Notes under the pieces: generated by a model
Database searches by the model: none
Seen by the model: the letters and a program-made list of their open reading frames with translations, nothing else
What the model was told of the DNA's origin: nothing
Assembly (NCBI GenBank): GCA_038227875.1
Contig: JBBRPR010000028.1
Coordinates: 32,001 to 96,000 of the forward strand
From: Planctomycetota bacterium
GTDB taxonomy: Bacteria > Planctomycetota > SZUA-567 > H5-PLA8
Reading direction: 5' to 3'
Length of the DNA stretch: 64,000 nucleotides
Translations under genes and position numbers: made by a program
Part shown: positions 57,101 through 64,000 of the stretch, piece after piece
Position numbering within the stretch: position 1 is the first letter of the stretch
How the letters are laid out: each line of letters begins with the position of its first letter

Positions 57101-59790
57101 TCGTCCCGCTCGACGGCGCCAGTTCGTACCACGTTGTCGAGATTCCAATCCGCGAGCGCCACGTGCCGAATTTCTACCTGCAAGGCTGCGCGATCGGGCA
57201 TCTGCCGGGCAATATGGCCGTTGCTAAAGAGGTGGATGAGCAGCAAAAGCTGGCCGAGGAATTGATCGGCAACGAGGGCGAAGACCCGAAGTGGTGCCGC
57301 GTCGACGTGCTCGATCCGCACGCGAAGCAGGGCGGCGAAAAGCTGAACGTCGAAGTGCGCTGCGATGCGGCCGAACACAAGCCCGGCGACGAGGTCGGTG
57401 TGACCGTTCGCGTCACGGGCCTTGACGGCAAGCCGCGCGAAGCGGAAGTGAGCCTCGCCGCCATCGACGCCAGTCTCTACGCCTTCGGCGAAGACCGCTC
57501 GGGCACACTCGCTCAAACATTCGCCGACGCGCGCCCGGACCGCCGCTTCCTGCCCAAGGCCTGGAAGATCAGCACCGGCAGATTGTTTCACGAACGGGAA
57601 CGGCAGAAAAACATGGAGATGTTGCGGCAGGCAGACCAGGCGAAAGCCCAAGCGGCAATGGCCATGGATGAGGCCTCGCAGAAGTTGGCGCAGAGCGCAA
57701 GGCTGGAGCGGGCGCTCGACCGCGCGCTGGAAGGCACGCCGTTGGGCAACCTGGGGGAGATGCCCGTCACGCAGATCCCGCTCACAGGCTGGCGCACCGA
57801 CTTCCGCGAAACGGCCGCGTGGCTGCCGCAGTTGCGCACGGACGCTCAAGGCCGCGTCGCCGCGCATTTCAAGCTCCCCGATTCGCTGACGCGCTACCGC
57901 GTCAACGCCGTGGGCCTGACGCGCCAGACGGAAATCGGTTCGGGGCGCAGCGACTTCGTCGCCACGCTGCCGCTTTCGGTCCAGGTTTTCCTGCCGCGCT
58001 TCGCCGTCGAAGGCGACCGGCTGCAGGCCACGGGTTTGATTCACAACACGACGGGTAAGGACGTGACCGTGCCGTTCGCGTTTGAAATTCAGAACGCGAC
58101 CTGCGCCGGGCCCGCCGCCGACACGGTGGCGCAGATGAGCTTCGATGGCGCGTCTACGCTCGTCCAAGGCAAGGTGCTCGTCGCCGCGCACGGTTCGGCG
58201 CATATCGGCGCGTGGCTCTCGATCGACAAGCTCGGTTCGGTCCGCGTGGGTTTGAGGGCCGGCGATAAGGACGCCGCCGACGCCGAGCAGCGCGACTTGC
58301 CCGTGATTCCCGACGGCCGGCCGCTGGACGTGGCGCTGAGCGGCGCGTCCAACGGCGAGATTCAACTGCCCATCGGTTACGTGCCGACCGATCTTCGCTT
58401 GAGCGTCTCGCGCAGCGTGCCGGCGGAAGCGTTGCAAGGTCTGGGGTATCTGATCGATTATCCCTATGGCTGCGTCGAGCAGACGATGAGCCGCTTTCTT
58501 CCTTCGGTCATGGTCAAGCACGCCTGGCAGCAAGGCGTCTGCGAGGTTCCCGCCGACGTGATGAAGCGTGCGCCTGACGTCCTGCAGAAGGGCCTCGAGC
58601 GCCTCTACAATTTCCAGCACACCGACGGCGGCTGGGGCTGGTGGGAGCATGACGCGACCAACGATGGCATGTCCGTGTACGTGGTCTACGGTCTGGCGCG
58701 CTGCAAAACCACTGGCACGCCGGTGAACGCCGACGTCTTCGCGCGCGGCTGCGCGTTCCTCAAGTCGCGCCTCAATGACGATAAGTTCGACCGCCAACTC
58801 TGGGCGCGCGGCTGGCAGGCTCTGGCGCTGGCCGGGACCGTTTCCGCCGACGAGTTGAAAGTGGCGCTGAAAAAAGTGGATGCCACGCTTCCGCCCGAGT
58901 CGCTGGCGTCGCTGGCGCTGGCCTGCAAGACGCTTGGTTTGGACGATGACGCAGCCGCCTTGCGCGCGAAGTTGCAAACCTGGGCGCCGCAATCCGCCGA
59001 GTCCCTCGCCATGAAGCTGAACGTCGAGACCGCGTTCGGCGACGTGGCTCCCGCCCGCATCACCGCAGATGCGCTGATGGCGCAGCGCACCGGTTTGCGC
59101 TGGCTCAGCACCAAGGATACGTCGTGGGCCATCGAAGCGATGACCGGCCTGGTCACGCATCTGCCGCCGCTGGGACCCGCGCGCGCTTTCAAATTGAGCA
59201 TGGCCGGCCAGACGCTGATCGAAGCGACCACCGCCGCGCAGCTCACGAAGCGTGTCTTCGATCTGCACCTCACCGGCGCGCAGCTTCCGCTCGTGGAACG
59301 AGCGGTGCTGACGCTCAACGCGGACTTTCCCGAACCGCTCCACTACGCGCTGAATGCCACGGGTTACCAGCATCTGCAGAAAGTTGAACCGACCGGCACC
59401 AGCGTACAGATGACGCGCAAGTACCTCACGACCGACGACAAGCCGCTGGCCACGACGAGCAAAGTCGGCGATTGCATCGCGGTGCATGTCACGGTCAAGC
59501 TGGAGCGCCGCCAGGAGTACGTAATGCTCGAAGACCGCCGCCCGGCCGGCTGGGAATTCGCCGCCGATGTCCTGCACGGTGAAGCCGCCGGACACGCCGC
59601 GAACACGGAGTTCCGCGACGACCGGTTGTGTGTCTTCTTCGATGCGCTGGAAGCCGGTGAGCATGAGCTGGTTTACTACCTTCGAGCAGAGACGCCGGGA
59701 GTGAGCCACGTGATTCCGGGCTGCACGTATCCGATGTATGGTGAGAAGACGCGCGGCGAGACGGGGGCGGATGTGTTGGAGATTAAGTAG
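54193..59790 (+). CDS. Alpha-2-macroglobulin-family protein with anti-sigma-like N-terminus and TM anchor
   Basis: YTDRPTYRPGQ (MG2), NEFGT, YRRPNFEV, AKYYFG, RTDFRETAAW, LPDSLT, thioester PYGCVEQ (CVEQ at 58471-58482), DGGWGWW and YYLRAETPG...YPMY. Confidence 0.9.
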   Translation: MTDGDLNPDDARLGAQLRAARPQLSAAALARAHAAMRRELNIRNETRRSFQDRRRPLVAAIAALFAVGLLIAWYAVTVTPHATEIVQVKSPGEAFHAAELEQRRREELKAKYALAKSPAEQAALAAELAKITPDNQIPQWMRFDAAMGLVNPRLKWHAAGFAYGSYFQSADRLKHARADQYRFEAHNGEQWMRDAIPANVKFDLKTHSNGRLARQEARLQSANEPEFFWTVDDPKSPDVTRAVALLGSVHDDVSARWVDALRINNTVLTMDVRGGYASGSAAPIVLDARAADEITFKLYRVADAAKLQAAAQRIGTDYIFADHAEIRAEQLDMVKYAIQDEVMKDLRKKLDPLPEFSNAELAGSWHVAVGEMKALHIQKYEFRDRWWDDAEENDEPDAAYFDDACSQFAARLHREYWPEEDELSAWTCARKFEIPAASLQPGAYVLVAEANGTRACAPILVDSLSLTLRRCRDGVMVVASDNQGAAPVARARVLADGMLQPSSTDASGVAFARVFAAGDKPILVEKDGRFAIGGFGKVFDGIYNGPEEYQRERWDLARSSLRQARATERDLASEDAVGQVFEDRHVAAAYTDRPTYRPGQDVQFKLIVRTLGQPLDVEKSRAPGFRDEDFDRARLLQLPNPGTTVAYEALDKKGRSIASGAMGLNEFGTASGTIHLSDECATGACALRINLNGTARILPDIFTVKNYRRPNFEVALKGLPENLTKLAGQKLTLEVSAKYYFGKTVAGGTAHVRLVHADSWRPLAEKDVVLSNTGDTVAVLQLPEKLIGGAYHVICAVTDDSNQTVTQTAAANVDLPPAVKADSLADLPRFAPASEVLHISGLSTEVTAKHGDVTARFTPDAKGVAELKLGTGWWTLSADGKSASLFVYGEGAYIFSNLNDEEKGFVNIANYGSEESGMTYEYNGRKPELWALFGRQHAEVGGTIKVLLYAPNATRALLTMEGRTVLDYVIVPLDGASSYHVVEIPIRERHVPNFYLQGCAIGHLPGNMAVAKEVDEQQKLAEELIGNEGEDPKWCRVDVLDPHAKQGGEKLNVEVRCDAAEHKPGDEVGVTVRVTGLDGKPREAEVSLAAIDASLYAFGEDRSGTLAQTFADARPDRRFLPKAWKISTGRLFHERERQKNMEMLRQADQAKAQAAMAMDEASQKLAQSARLERALDRALEGTPLGNLGEMPVTQIPLTGWRTDFRETAAWLPQLRTDAQGRVAAHFKLPDSLTRYRVNAVGLTRQTEIGSGRSDFVATLPLSVQVFLPRFAVEGDRLQATGLIHNTTGKDVTVPFAFEIQNATCAGPAADTVAQMSFDGASTLVQGKVLVAAHGSAHIGAWLSIDKLGSVRVGLRAGDKDAADAEQRDLPVIPDGRPLDVALSGASNGEIQLPIGYVPTDLRLSVSRSVPAEALQGLGYLIDYPYGCVEQTMSRFLPSVMVKHAWQQGVCEVPADVMKRAPDVLQKGLERLYNFQHTDGGWGWWEHDATNDGMSVYVVYGLARCKTTGTPVNADVFARGCAFLKSRLNDDKFDRQLWARGWQALALAGTVSADELKVALKKVDATLPPESLASLALACKTLGLDDDAAALRAKLQTWAPQSAESLAMKLNVETAFGDVAPARITADALMAQRTGLRWLSTKDTSWAIEAMTGLVTHLPPLGPARAFKLSMAGQTLIEATTAAQLTKRVFDLHLTGAQLPLVERAVLTLNADFPEPLHYALNATGYQHLQKVEPTGTSVQMTRKYLTTDDKPLATTSKVGDCIAVHVTVKLERRQEYVMLEDRRPAGWEFAADVLHGEAAGHAANTEFRDDRLCVFFDALEAGEHELVYYLRAETPGVSHVIPGCTYPMYGEKTRGETGADVLEIK

Positions 59791-59821
59791 GGATTGCCTC
59801 TTTTCCGCGGCGAGCTGCCGG

Positions 59822-60005
59822 GCTTTTTGTAGTCCGGGCGTCTCGCCCGGAGTCGCAAGTATTCAGCACTAAAGATGAATTCGTTCGATAGCCACTTCAT
59901 TTGCGAAGCACTAAAGCTGTCGCGGTAGACCACGAAACGTGACTGGCTTACCCAATTCGTGTCGCAGTTACTTTCTCCGGGCGAGACGCCCGGACTACAA
60001 AAAGC
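59822..60005. repeat. GTAG-type REP inverted doublet (REPIN/MITE-like)
   Basis: Perfect 31-bp terminal inverted repeat GCTTTTTGTAGTCCGGGCGTCTCGCCCGGAG between convergent genes. Confidence 0.88.
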
Positions 60006-60026
60006 ACAGCGCGCCCGCCGAATGCA

Positions 60027-61283
60027 TTACTCCACTACATGACGCCGATACATGCGACAAACAGGCACGATCATCACCAACCACAACGTCCCCGCCCCAC
60101 ACGCCAGCACCGAATACGTCAGGTCGTTCACCGCGAAGCCGCCCACTTTCATTAACGAGAGCAGCCAGCCGGTGCTCCCCTTGCTGAAGCGGTAACCCCA
60201 GACATCGATCAACTCCTTGGCACGAAAACGGACGTCGTACGAGAAAGGGATGTACAGAATTTCCTTCCCGGCGCGGAAGACGGAGTAGTCCATCGTCTTG
60301 AACGCCAGCAGCGCCCACCACGCCGACGAGAGCGACGGATTTTTCCACGCGTAAAAACAGATGCTTAAGTTCACCAGCGGCATGAGAACGTGGACGAGCG
60401 TCAGCGGGAGCAGGCGGAGCATCAGCGGGCTGAAAATGAATTGGCCGACAGCGGCGGCGATGTTGACGTGGTACCAGAAGTCGCCCTGATAGGCGTTCTG
60501 CGCATCGAGGTTGGGAATCGCGTCCTGCAGGCGTCCCTGGAACGAAAGATCGAGCACCGAGGCGAGCGTCTGCGTGGAGAGGATGACCAGCAGCATCAGG
60601 ATCAGCATCGGATTGGATTTGAAGAGCGTCAGTCCCAGCGTGTCGACATGGCGCGCCGCTTCGGCGGGAGATTCCTGCGGCTCGCCGCAGCGGTGATAGG
60701 CCAGATCCGCCAGCAGCGCGGCGGGGATCACGGAGAGCGCGGCCAGGATCAGCAGATTGGCGGTGCCGAAGGTGCCGGAATATTCCGCGACCATCTTCGC
60801 GCCGACAATCGCGCCGGCCGATCCGAGCCCGCAGATCGGACCGTTCCAGTTCTTGGCCTGAAGCGTGCCGAGACGGCTATTCAGGAACGACCAGTATTGT
60901 TCGACCAGCAGCACGACGTAGGCTTCGCGCACAAGATAGAGCGCGCCACGCGCCGGCCGGAATCCGGAGCGGATGAGTACGTAACACGCGGCCATTCCCA
61001 ATCCGGACAGCAGCGACGTCGCCAGCAGCGTTTTGCGCGGGCCCAGCCACGTCAGCAGACGTCCGTAGCCATAAACGACCACCAGCACCGCCACCGGCAC
61101 GAGCGCAATGGCGTAGGGCAACGCTTCTTTGCCGTAGCCCATCGGCGCGGCTTCTTTGAAGAGCGAGTTGGACGTCGTGCGGATGAATTCATAGCCACAG
61201 AACAGAAACCCCGCCGCGATGCCAATGGCAATCGCCGCAAACGGCGCATGATTGTCGCGTGGGCTGAGCGTGACTTCGGGCAC
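60027..61283 (-). CDS. Npt1/TLC-like (ATP/ADP translocase family) MFS transporter
   Basis: About 12 TM helices and DYSVFRAGKEILYIP...RAKELIDVWGYRFSKG. Confidence 0.78.
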   Translation of the reverse strand: MPEVTLSPRDNHAPFAAIAIGIAAGFLFCGYEFIRTTSNSLFKEAAPMGYGKEALPYAIALVPVAVLVVVYGYGRLLTWLGPRKTLLATSLLSGLGMAACYVLIRSGFRPARGALYLVREAYVVLLVEQYWSFLNSRLGTLQAKNWNGPICGLGSAGAIVGAKMVAEYSGTFGTANLLILAALSVIPAALLADLAYHRCGEPQESPAEAARHVDTLGLTLFKSNPMLILMLLVILSTQTLASVLDLSFQGRLQDAIPNLDAQNAYQGDFWYHVNIAAAVGQFIFSPLMLRLLPLTLVHVLMPLVNLSICFYAWKNPSLSSAWWALLAFKTMDYSVFRAGKEILYIPFSYDVRFRAKELIDVWGYRFSKGSTGWLLSLMKVGGFAVNDLTYSVLACGAGTLWLVMIVPVCRMYRRHVVE

Positions 61284-61316
61284 GGGATTCAGGTTCCTAA
61301 AGATGTTGCGTCCGTT

Positions 61317-61344
61317 GTAGTCCGGGCGTCCCGCCCGGTCTAAC
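61317..61344 (+). repeat. Single GTAG-type REP
   Basis: GTAGTCCGGGCGTCCCGCCCGGTCTAAC. Confidence 0.8.
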
Positions 61345-61425
61345 GCCTACCGTGGAATTAAGCTGCTCTTGCTGGGCGCGGTTCGTATACTCGCGGCGTT
61401 CGCACCCTTACTGAGATCACTGACT

Positions 61426-62661
61426 ATGCAACATTCACTTCGATTATGTTCGATTCTTCTGCTGTCGCTGCTCTGCGCCCAACTGCGAGCGGAGAGTGCG
61501 CCGGTTTTCTTTCCTGAAGGGACGACGGAGACGACGGGGTGGACCGGCCGGCTCGTGCGCGTCGACGAACACCTCGCGATTTTGACGGTGCGGGGCGGCG
61601 CGCCCGAACGCGGCGTGGCTCACGGCAAGCTGCTTAAGGCCGAGGTCGCGCTGTTGGTCAAGAGTGTCCGCGCGTATCTGACCGGGACCGCGGCTGACGG
61701 CGCGGAACACTACAAGCAGTGTCTCGACGGCGCGCGGACGATGGGCAAGTTTCTCGACGAAGACGTGATGACCGAACTGAAAGCCTGCGCCGCCGCGGCG
61801 GGCGTGGACAGCGACGAGCTGCTGCTGGCTCAGTTGTTCGGCGACGTCAATCGTGCCAAGGGATTCACCTCCTATTGTTCCTCGTTTGCAGCCTTTGGCG
61901 AGGCGACGGCCGGCGGCAAGCTGCTCGTGGGCCGCAATTTCGATTACGCCGGACACGGCTTGGAAGGCGGCGTGCCGTTGATTCTGCAGGAGATTCCTGA
62001 TGGCAAAGGCGCCGGCCGGCCCTTCGTGACGCTCTGCTACGCCGGGATTCTCAATGGCTGGACGTCGATGAATGCCGATGGCCTCTGCGCGAGCAACAAT
62101 ACCTTGTTCGGTGGCAAGGGTTCGGATTCTCTCGAAGGAATCTCGACGTGCTTCCTGCTGCGCAAGATTGTCGAGCAGGCGACGACGGTCGAGGACGGCG
62201 TCGCGATCATCCAGAAATCCCCGCGCGCCTGTACGACCGGGATGCTCGTCGCCGGCAAGAACAAGCAGGGCGCGTGGGACGGCCGGTTCGTGGAATTTGA
62301 TGCGAAGTCTGTCGTCGTCGTCGAGCCCAAGGACGGCATGGTGCTCGGTACGAACAAGCGGCAGATTCTCGCCGTGAACGGCATTGACCCTCCGAAAGTG
62401 GTGGAATGCGGGCGCTTTCAAGCGCTCAAGAAATACCTGACGGGACTGCACGGCAAATTGTCCTTCGATGACAAAACGCAGAATCCGGTAGCTGAGAAGG
62501 ACGTCACGCTGACGATCAACCTGCACTGCGCGCTGCTCGACCCGGTCGGCCAGCGCATCCGCGCGGCGTTTGTCACGGGCGATTCCAAGCCCGCGGCGGA
62601 GAAGCCCTTTCGGGATTTTGAGGTGAAGAGCACGTCTGTGGTGCTGACCAAGAAGGAGTGA
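61426..62661 (+). CDS. Secreted C45-family (AAT-like) Ntn hydrolase
   Basis: Signal peptide, GAPERGVAHG, nucleophile CSSF, GRNFDY and MNADGL. Confidence 0.82.
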   Translation: MQHSLRLCSILLLSLLCAQLRAESAPVFFPEGTTETTGWTGRLVRVDEHLAILTVRGGAPERGVAHGKLLKAEVALLVKSVRAYLTGTAADGAEHYKQCLDGARTMGKFLDEDVMTELKACAAAAGVDSDELLLAQLFGDVNRAKGFTSYCSSFAAFGEATAGGKLLVGRNFDYAGHGLEGGVPLILQEIPDGKGAGRPFVTLCYAGILNGWTSMNADGLCASNNTLFGGKGSDSLEGISTCFLLRKIVEQATTVEDGVAIIQKSPRACTTGMLVAGKNKQGAWDGRFVEFDAKSVVVVEPKDGMVLGTNKRQILAVNGIDPPKVVECGRFQALKKYLTGLHGKLSFDDKTQNPVAEKDVTLTINLHCALLDPVGQRIRAAFVTGDSKPAAEKPFRDFEVKSTSVVLTKKE

Positions 62662-62716
62662 GTCCAAGTGGCCCGGGACCGGACCACCTTTCGACGTTTC
62701 GACATTACATCAATCC

Positions 62717-63517
62717 TCATTGCGCCACGGCCAGCTCCGGAATTCGTTCGATCAAGTAGTCGGGGATGGCGATCATCTTGGTCAGGCGGTCGTACTTGTC
62801 CTGGCTTAGCGCACAGAGATCGAACGCGTTGCGCTTCAGCGTGTCAAGCGGGTGGCGGGGGACGAAGTTCATGTTCAAGCCCTTGCGCACCTGATCGCTG
62901 CAGTTCTTGGTGCTCGAATGCCACGTCTTGCCACTGTAGACAGCGGTGGTTCCCGCGGGTCCGACGTTGTATCCGGCGACGCGGCTCCAGCCCATGTGCT
63001 CGACTTTCAGTCCCGGGCGTTGCTGGAAGAATTCCCAGCCGATGTTGAATTTGTGCGTGCCCAGCGCCAGCGCGAAGGGGCCGTTTTCCATCTTGAGCTC
63101 TTCGAAGTTCACCCACACGCAGACGAATGTGTCGCGCGCCTGCGGGACGGGGACGTCGGAGTAGACGCAGTGATCGGTGTGAAACGGCGTCGTCTCGGGT
63201 GTCGTCACGACGTCTCCGTTGCGTGGCGTGGCGACGACGGAGTATCCGGCGAGCTGGAATTCGCCGATCGTGTTCCGCACGATCTGTTGCACGACCGGAT
63301 GCGTGGCGAGCTTCGCGAACGCAGGTTCGGTGTAGAGTTTGTGGTCGATGATGAAGCGCTGGTTTTCGAGCTTGATCGACGGGTCGGTGAAGAGGCGCTG
63401 CCAGGCGGCGAGCAGGTCGTCGAGTTCGGCGCGCGTGAGGTAGGGCGGCACGAATCCGGACTTCTCGCGCTCGATCACAGCGAGGGCTTGGTCGACTTCC
63501 GGAGAGAAGGTGGGCAT
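62717..63517 (-). CDS. PhyH-family Fe(II)/2OG dioxygenase
   Basis: FHTD, ENGPF...GTH and WHSS...RK. GGAG RBS and an AT-rich upstream region. Confidence 0.8.
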   Translation of the reverse strand: MPTFSPEVDQALAVIEREKSGFVPPYLTRAELDDLLAAWQRLFTDPSIKLENQRFIIDHKLYTEPAFAKLATHPVVQQIVRNTIGEFQLAGYSVVATPRNGDVVTTPETTPFHTDHCVYSDVPVPQARDTFVCVWVNFEELKMENGPFALALGTHKFNIGWEFFQQRPGLKVEHMGWSRVAGYNVGPAGTTAVYSGKTWHSSTKNCSDQVRKGLNMNFVPRHPLDTLKRNAFDLCALSQDKYDRLTKMIAIPDYLIERIPELAVAQ

Positions 63518-63666
63518 GTAGGGCTCCTTGTTAAAAGATAACATTATTTATTTAAACTATATTAAATATACACGATCGATTGAGCGTTGCCACGGTTATG
63601 ATCGAAATTTTGGACTGTTCTTGTAACTATAATGATATCAATGTATTGCGGTAGAGTTTGAACCTT

Positions 63667-64000
63667 TCAGGTGAGAGCGTGGAACTCCTTGGAAAGTTCG
63701 GCGACGGCTTCGGGGCTTTCGGGGGCGCCGAAACGGACGTCGGCGTAGTGCTGGGCGAAGGCGGCGGCGGCCTCGGTTTTGAAGGGCAGCGTCGGGTGCG
63801 TTTTGGTCAACACGCGGAGGTGTTCCAGCCACGTGCGGTGGGCGGGGCAGGGGACCTGGTGGGTCCTCAACAAGCGCTCGAACTTGTCGCTCAACGCAGC
63901 CAGTTCAGCGCCGGGCGACGCGTAGGCGAAGATCACCGGCCTGGTCTTGGAGCGCGCACGGAACGCGCGCAGCCATTGCAGGCCCACGACCAGCACCAGC
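63667..64000 (-). CDS. C-terminal fragment, DUF4129-like tail (often on transglutaminase-like proteins)
   Basis: TM end followed by FAQHYADVRFG. The ORF runs off the window edge. Confidence 0.55.
   Translation of the reverse strand, partial: LVLVVGLQWLRAFRARSKTRPVIFAYASPGAELAALSDKFERLLRTHQVPCPAHRTWLEHLRVLTKTHPTLPFKTEAAAAFAQHYADVRFGAPESPEAVAELSKEFHALT

Noticed and set aside
54697..59709. 1670-aa antisense ORF (also 18636..21626, 1955..3775, 40215..41873 and others)
   Set aside because: Shadow ORFs opposite well-supported genes, expected from high-GC codon bias, with no recognisable motifs.
33111..61344. Dispersed palindromic repeats as a CRISPR array
   Set aside because: They are inverted doublets far apart, not regularly spaced direct repeats, and no cas genes are present.
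62740..62752. GAATTCGTTCGAT matching the REPIN interior
   Set aside because: It lies inside a coding sequence with no flanking REP, so it is probably coincidental.

Overview
High-GC bacterial chromosomal segment, most likely Planctomycetota. This is inferred from the ECF sigma factors with long C-terminal extensions, FecR/anti-sigma proteins, PKD proteins and the pilB-pilT-pilB arrangement. I find about 44 protein-coding genes, and no rRNA, tRNA, CRISPR array or transposase. Recognisable genes: two PilB/GspE ATPases flanking pilT, an acyl-CoA ligase, a divergent GH94-like phosphorylase, two tandem AraC/PhyH modules, a MoxR/chelatase-like ATPase, hisN, a sigma54 activator, dusB, a LolD-like ATPase, C39 and C45 peptidases and an Npt1-like transporter. 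The most striking content is four ECF sigma loci with very large extracytoplasmic partners. (i) An ECF gene overlaps a 1865-aa protein combining an anti-sigma-like N-terminus and TM helix with an alpha-2-macroglobulin that keeps an intact CxEQ thioester motif. (ii) An ECF precedes a FecR-VIT-vWA-LolA-like protein and a 1729-aa TPR protein. (iii) One polypeptide fuses ECF, TM, HEAT and LolA/RseB-like parts. (iv) An ECF/zf-HC2-FecR pair is followed by a lone ABC ATPase. Non-coding DNA holds two families of REP inverted doublets and a chimeric remnant at 45084-45504 that looks like the junction of an old tandem duplication. All domain calls come from motif recognition by eye; no database searches were run.
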